Assembly (NCBI RefSeq): GCF_006345805.1
Contig: NW_021836141.1
Coordinates: forward strand, 1 to 64,000
DNA: 64,000 nucleotides
Reading direction: 5' to 3'
Origin: Octopus sinensis
Taxonomy: Eukaryota
Shown here in pieces: positions 63,600-64,000 of this stretch. The notes beneath the pieces were generated by a model. That model was not told the DNA's origin and searched no databases. It worked only from the letters and a program-made list of their open reading frames with translations. The first letter of the stretch is position 1; every line of letters starts with the position of its first letter. The translations under genes were made by a program, and so were the position numbers.

Positions 63600-63860
63600 C
63601 TCAGTTTATCAATATATACACTAGTATATCTCATTTTGCTGACTAAAGTGCTGCACATAGCTTGTATGCCTCTCGCAAGTCTTTTTTCCACCCAATCTCC
63701 CTCAGTGACCACCAGATCAATAGAGCATGAAACCTTGTCAAAGGCTTTCTCACAATCAACAAATGCCTACAATAGGATCTCATTCTTTGGCAGGATACTT
63801 CATCTGATACTGATTTACTACAAGGGTGGTATCAATAGTACACATCTATAGTAGAAAAGC
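63600..63860 (-). pseudogene. Old RTE RT fragment
   Basis: Minus translation AFVDCEKAFDKVS. Confidence 0.6.
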
Positions 63861-64000
63861 ATATATATGTATGTGTGTTGGAGGTGTATATAGATAGATA
63901 GATAGATAGATAGATAGGTTGGCAGAAATACATATATATATATATATATATATATGTATTCATATACACATATACATATGTACATAAACATAGATATATA

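Overview
AT-rich, microsatellite-dense animal DNA made almost entirely of transposon remnants. The SINE/LINE repertoire looks like that of octopus (coleoid cephalopod) genomes; this is recognition from memory, not a database check. No host protein-coding gene can be confidently supported, and most listed ORFs are microsatellite artefacts or TE fragments. Main contents: (1) a near full-length, frameshifted RTE-clade LINE (28209-34424, minus) with a C4HC3 PHD finger inserted inside its RT and a ~340-bp segment of its 3' UTR amplified to about 7 tandem copies, plus several other RTE fragments and many 5'-truncated RTE tails ending in (GAT)n; (2) two R4/Dong-like RLE LINEs nested in (TAA)n; (3) CR1 fragments, three Tc1/mariner relics, a piggyBac-type MITE and Helitron-like ends; (4) several tRNA-derived SINE families; (5) several AT-rich Penelope/retrozyme-like inserts carrying type I hammerhead ribozyme motifs. 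The best of these is a 490-bp terminally redundant monomer fused to an inverted permuted copy (50695-51639), with one core-intact and one G12A-inactivated hammerhead. All RNA folds were paired by eye, and many element boundaries are approximate.
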